5,948 nt of DNA, taken from NCBI GenBank assembly GCA_004284765.1, contig NQJD01000069.1:1-5948 (forward strand), written 5' to 3'. Numbering within the stretch: the first letter of the stretch is position 1; each line of letters begins with the position of its first letter. Made by a program: the position numbers and the translations under genes. The DNA is from Candidatus Electronema aureum (lineage in GTDB: Bacteria > Desulfobacterota > Desulfobulbia > Desulfobulbales > Desulfobulbaceae). This document shows positions 5,716 through 5,948 of this stretch, in pieces. The notes beneath the pieces were generated by a model, which saw only the letters and a list, made by a program, of their open reading frames with translations, ran no database searches and was not told the origin of the DNA.

Positions 5716-5948
5716 TTAGATCGTCTGAAAAACCGTCTCGACGCAAACGCTTAAACTCTTGATGCCGTCAGCTATTTTTTTAATTTTCGCCTTCATGGAA
5801 GCCCAAAATTTTTCTATCGGGTTTAAATCAGGGGAATAAGGCGGCAAAAAAAGCAGCCTGCAAGAAAACTTTTTCACAAGCTCCTTCGTTTTTTCTGATT
5901 TATGAAAACTTGCGTTGTCCATCACAACAAGAGAATTTTTGGGAATTT
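5716..5948 (-). mobile_element. IS630-family (Tc1/mariner-like, DDE_3) transposase, C-terminal part; the gene continues beyond the right window edge
   Basis: The frame is open to the window edge (..NSQKFSLVVMDNASFHKSEKTKELVKKFSCRLLFLPPYSPDLNPIEKFWASMKAKIKK...). It shows the classic IS630 signature MDNAxxHK ... LPPYSPxLNPIE with D-35-E spacing. The stop codon is at 5716..5718. Confidence 0.8.

Overview
The window is mostly minus-strand genes from a GC-rich bacterium (about 55-62% GC by eye in the conserved genes), with AT-rich patches of about 35-40% GC and mobile-element debris at the right edge. From left to right it contains the following. (1) An HU-like/DUF4469-type DNA-binding protein gene (28..1100, -) is broken by two single-base frameshifts. 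It has a near-consensus sigma70-type promoter, and upstream of that lies an array of five tandem 23-bp units built on an ACATAC-N2-GTATGT palindrome (1228..1342). (2) An AT-rich stretch (about 1373..1720) has no tracked ORF and holds one untracked 53-codon two-helix membrane ORF. (3) Three closely spaced minus-strand genes follow: an AT-rich unknown membrane protein (4096..4668), an intact class I glutaminyl-tRNA synthetase glnS (2394..4079), and an unknown signal-peptide/multi-TM protein (1721..2368). (4) A roughly 400-bp region without a credible ORF carries a minus-strand intrinsic-terminator-like hairpin (4827..4863). (5) A plus-strand 79-aa cysteine-rich protein (5167..5406) begins with NCWEYKQCGRE, which I recognise as two-CW-domain-like. 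It has a strong RBS, its own hairpin and codon usage unlike glnS. (6) An IS30-family transposase C-terminal fragment (about 5477..5715) abuts the C-terminal part of an IS630-family transposase that runs off the window (5716..5948). I cannot name a complete new multi-gene system from sequence alone. The best leads are the palindrome-iteron array with the decayed HU-like gene, the stand-alone two-CW-like protein in an accessory context, and the foreign-looking membrane gene placed directly against glnS.
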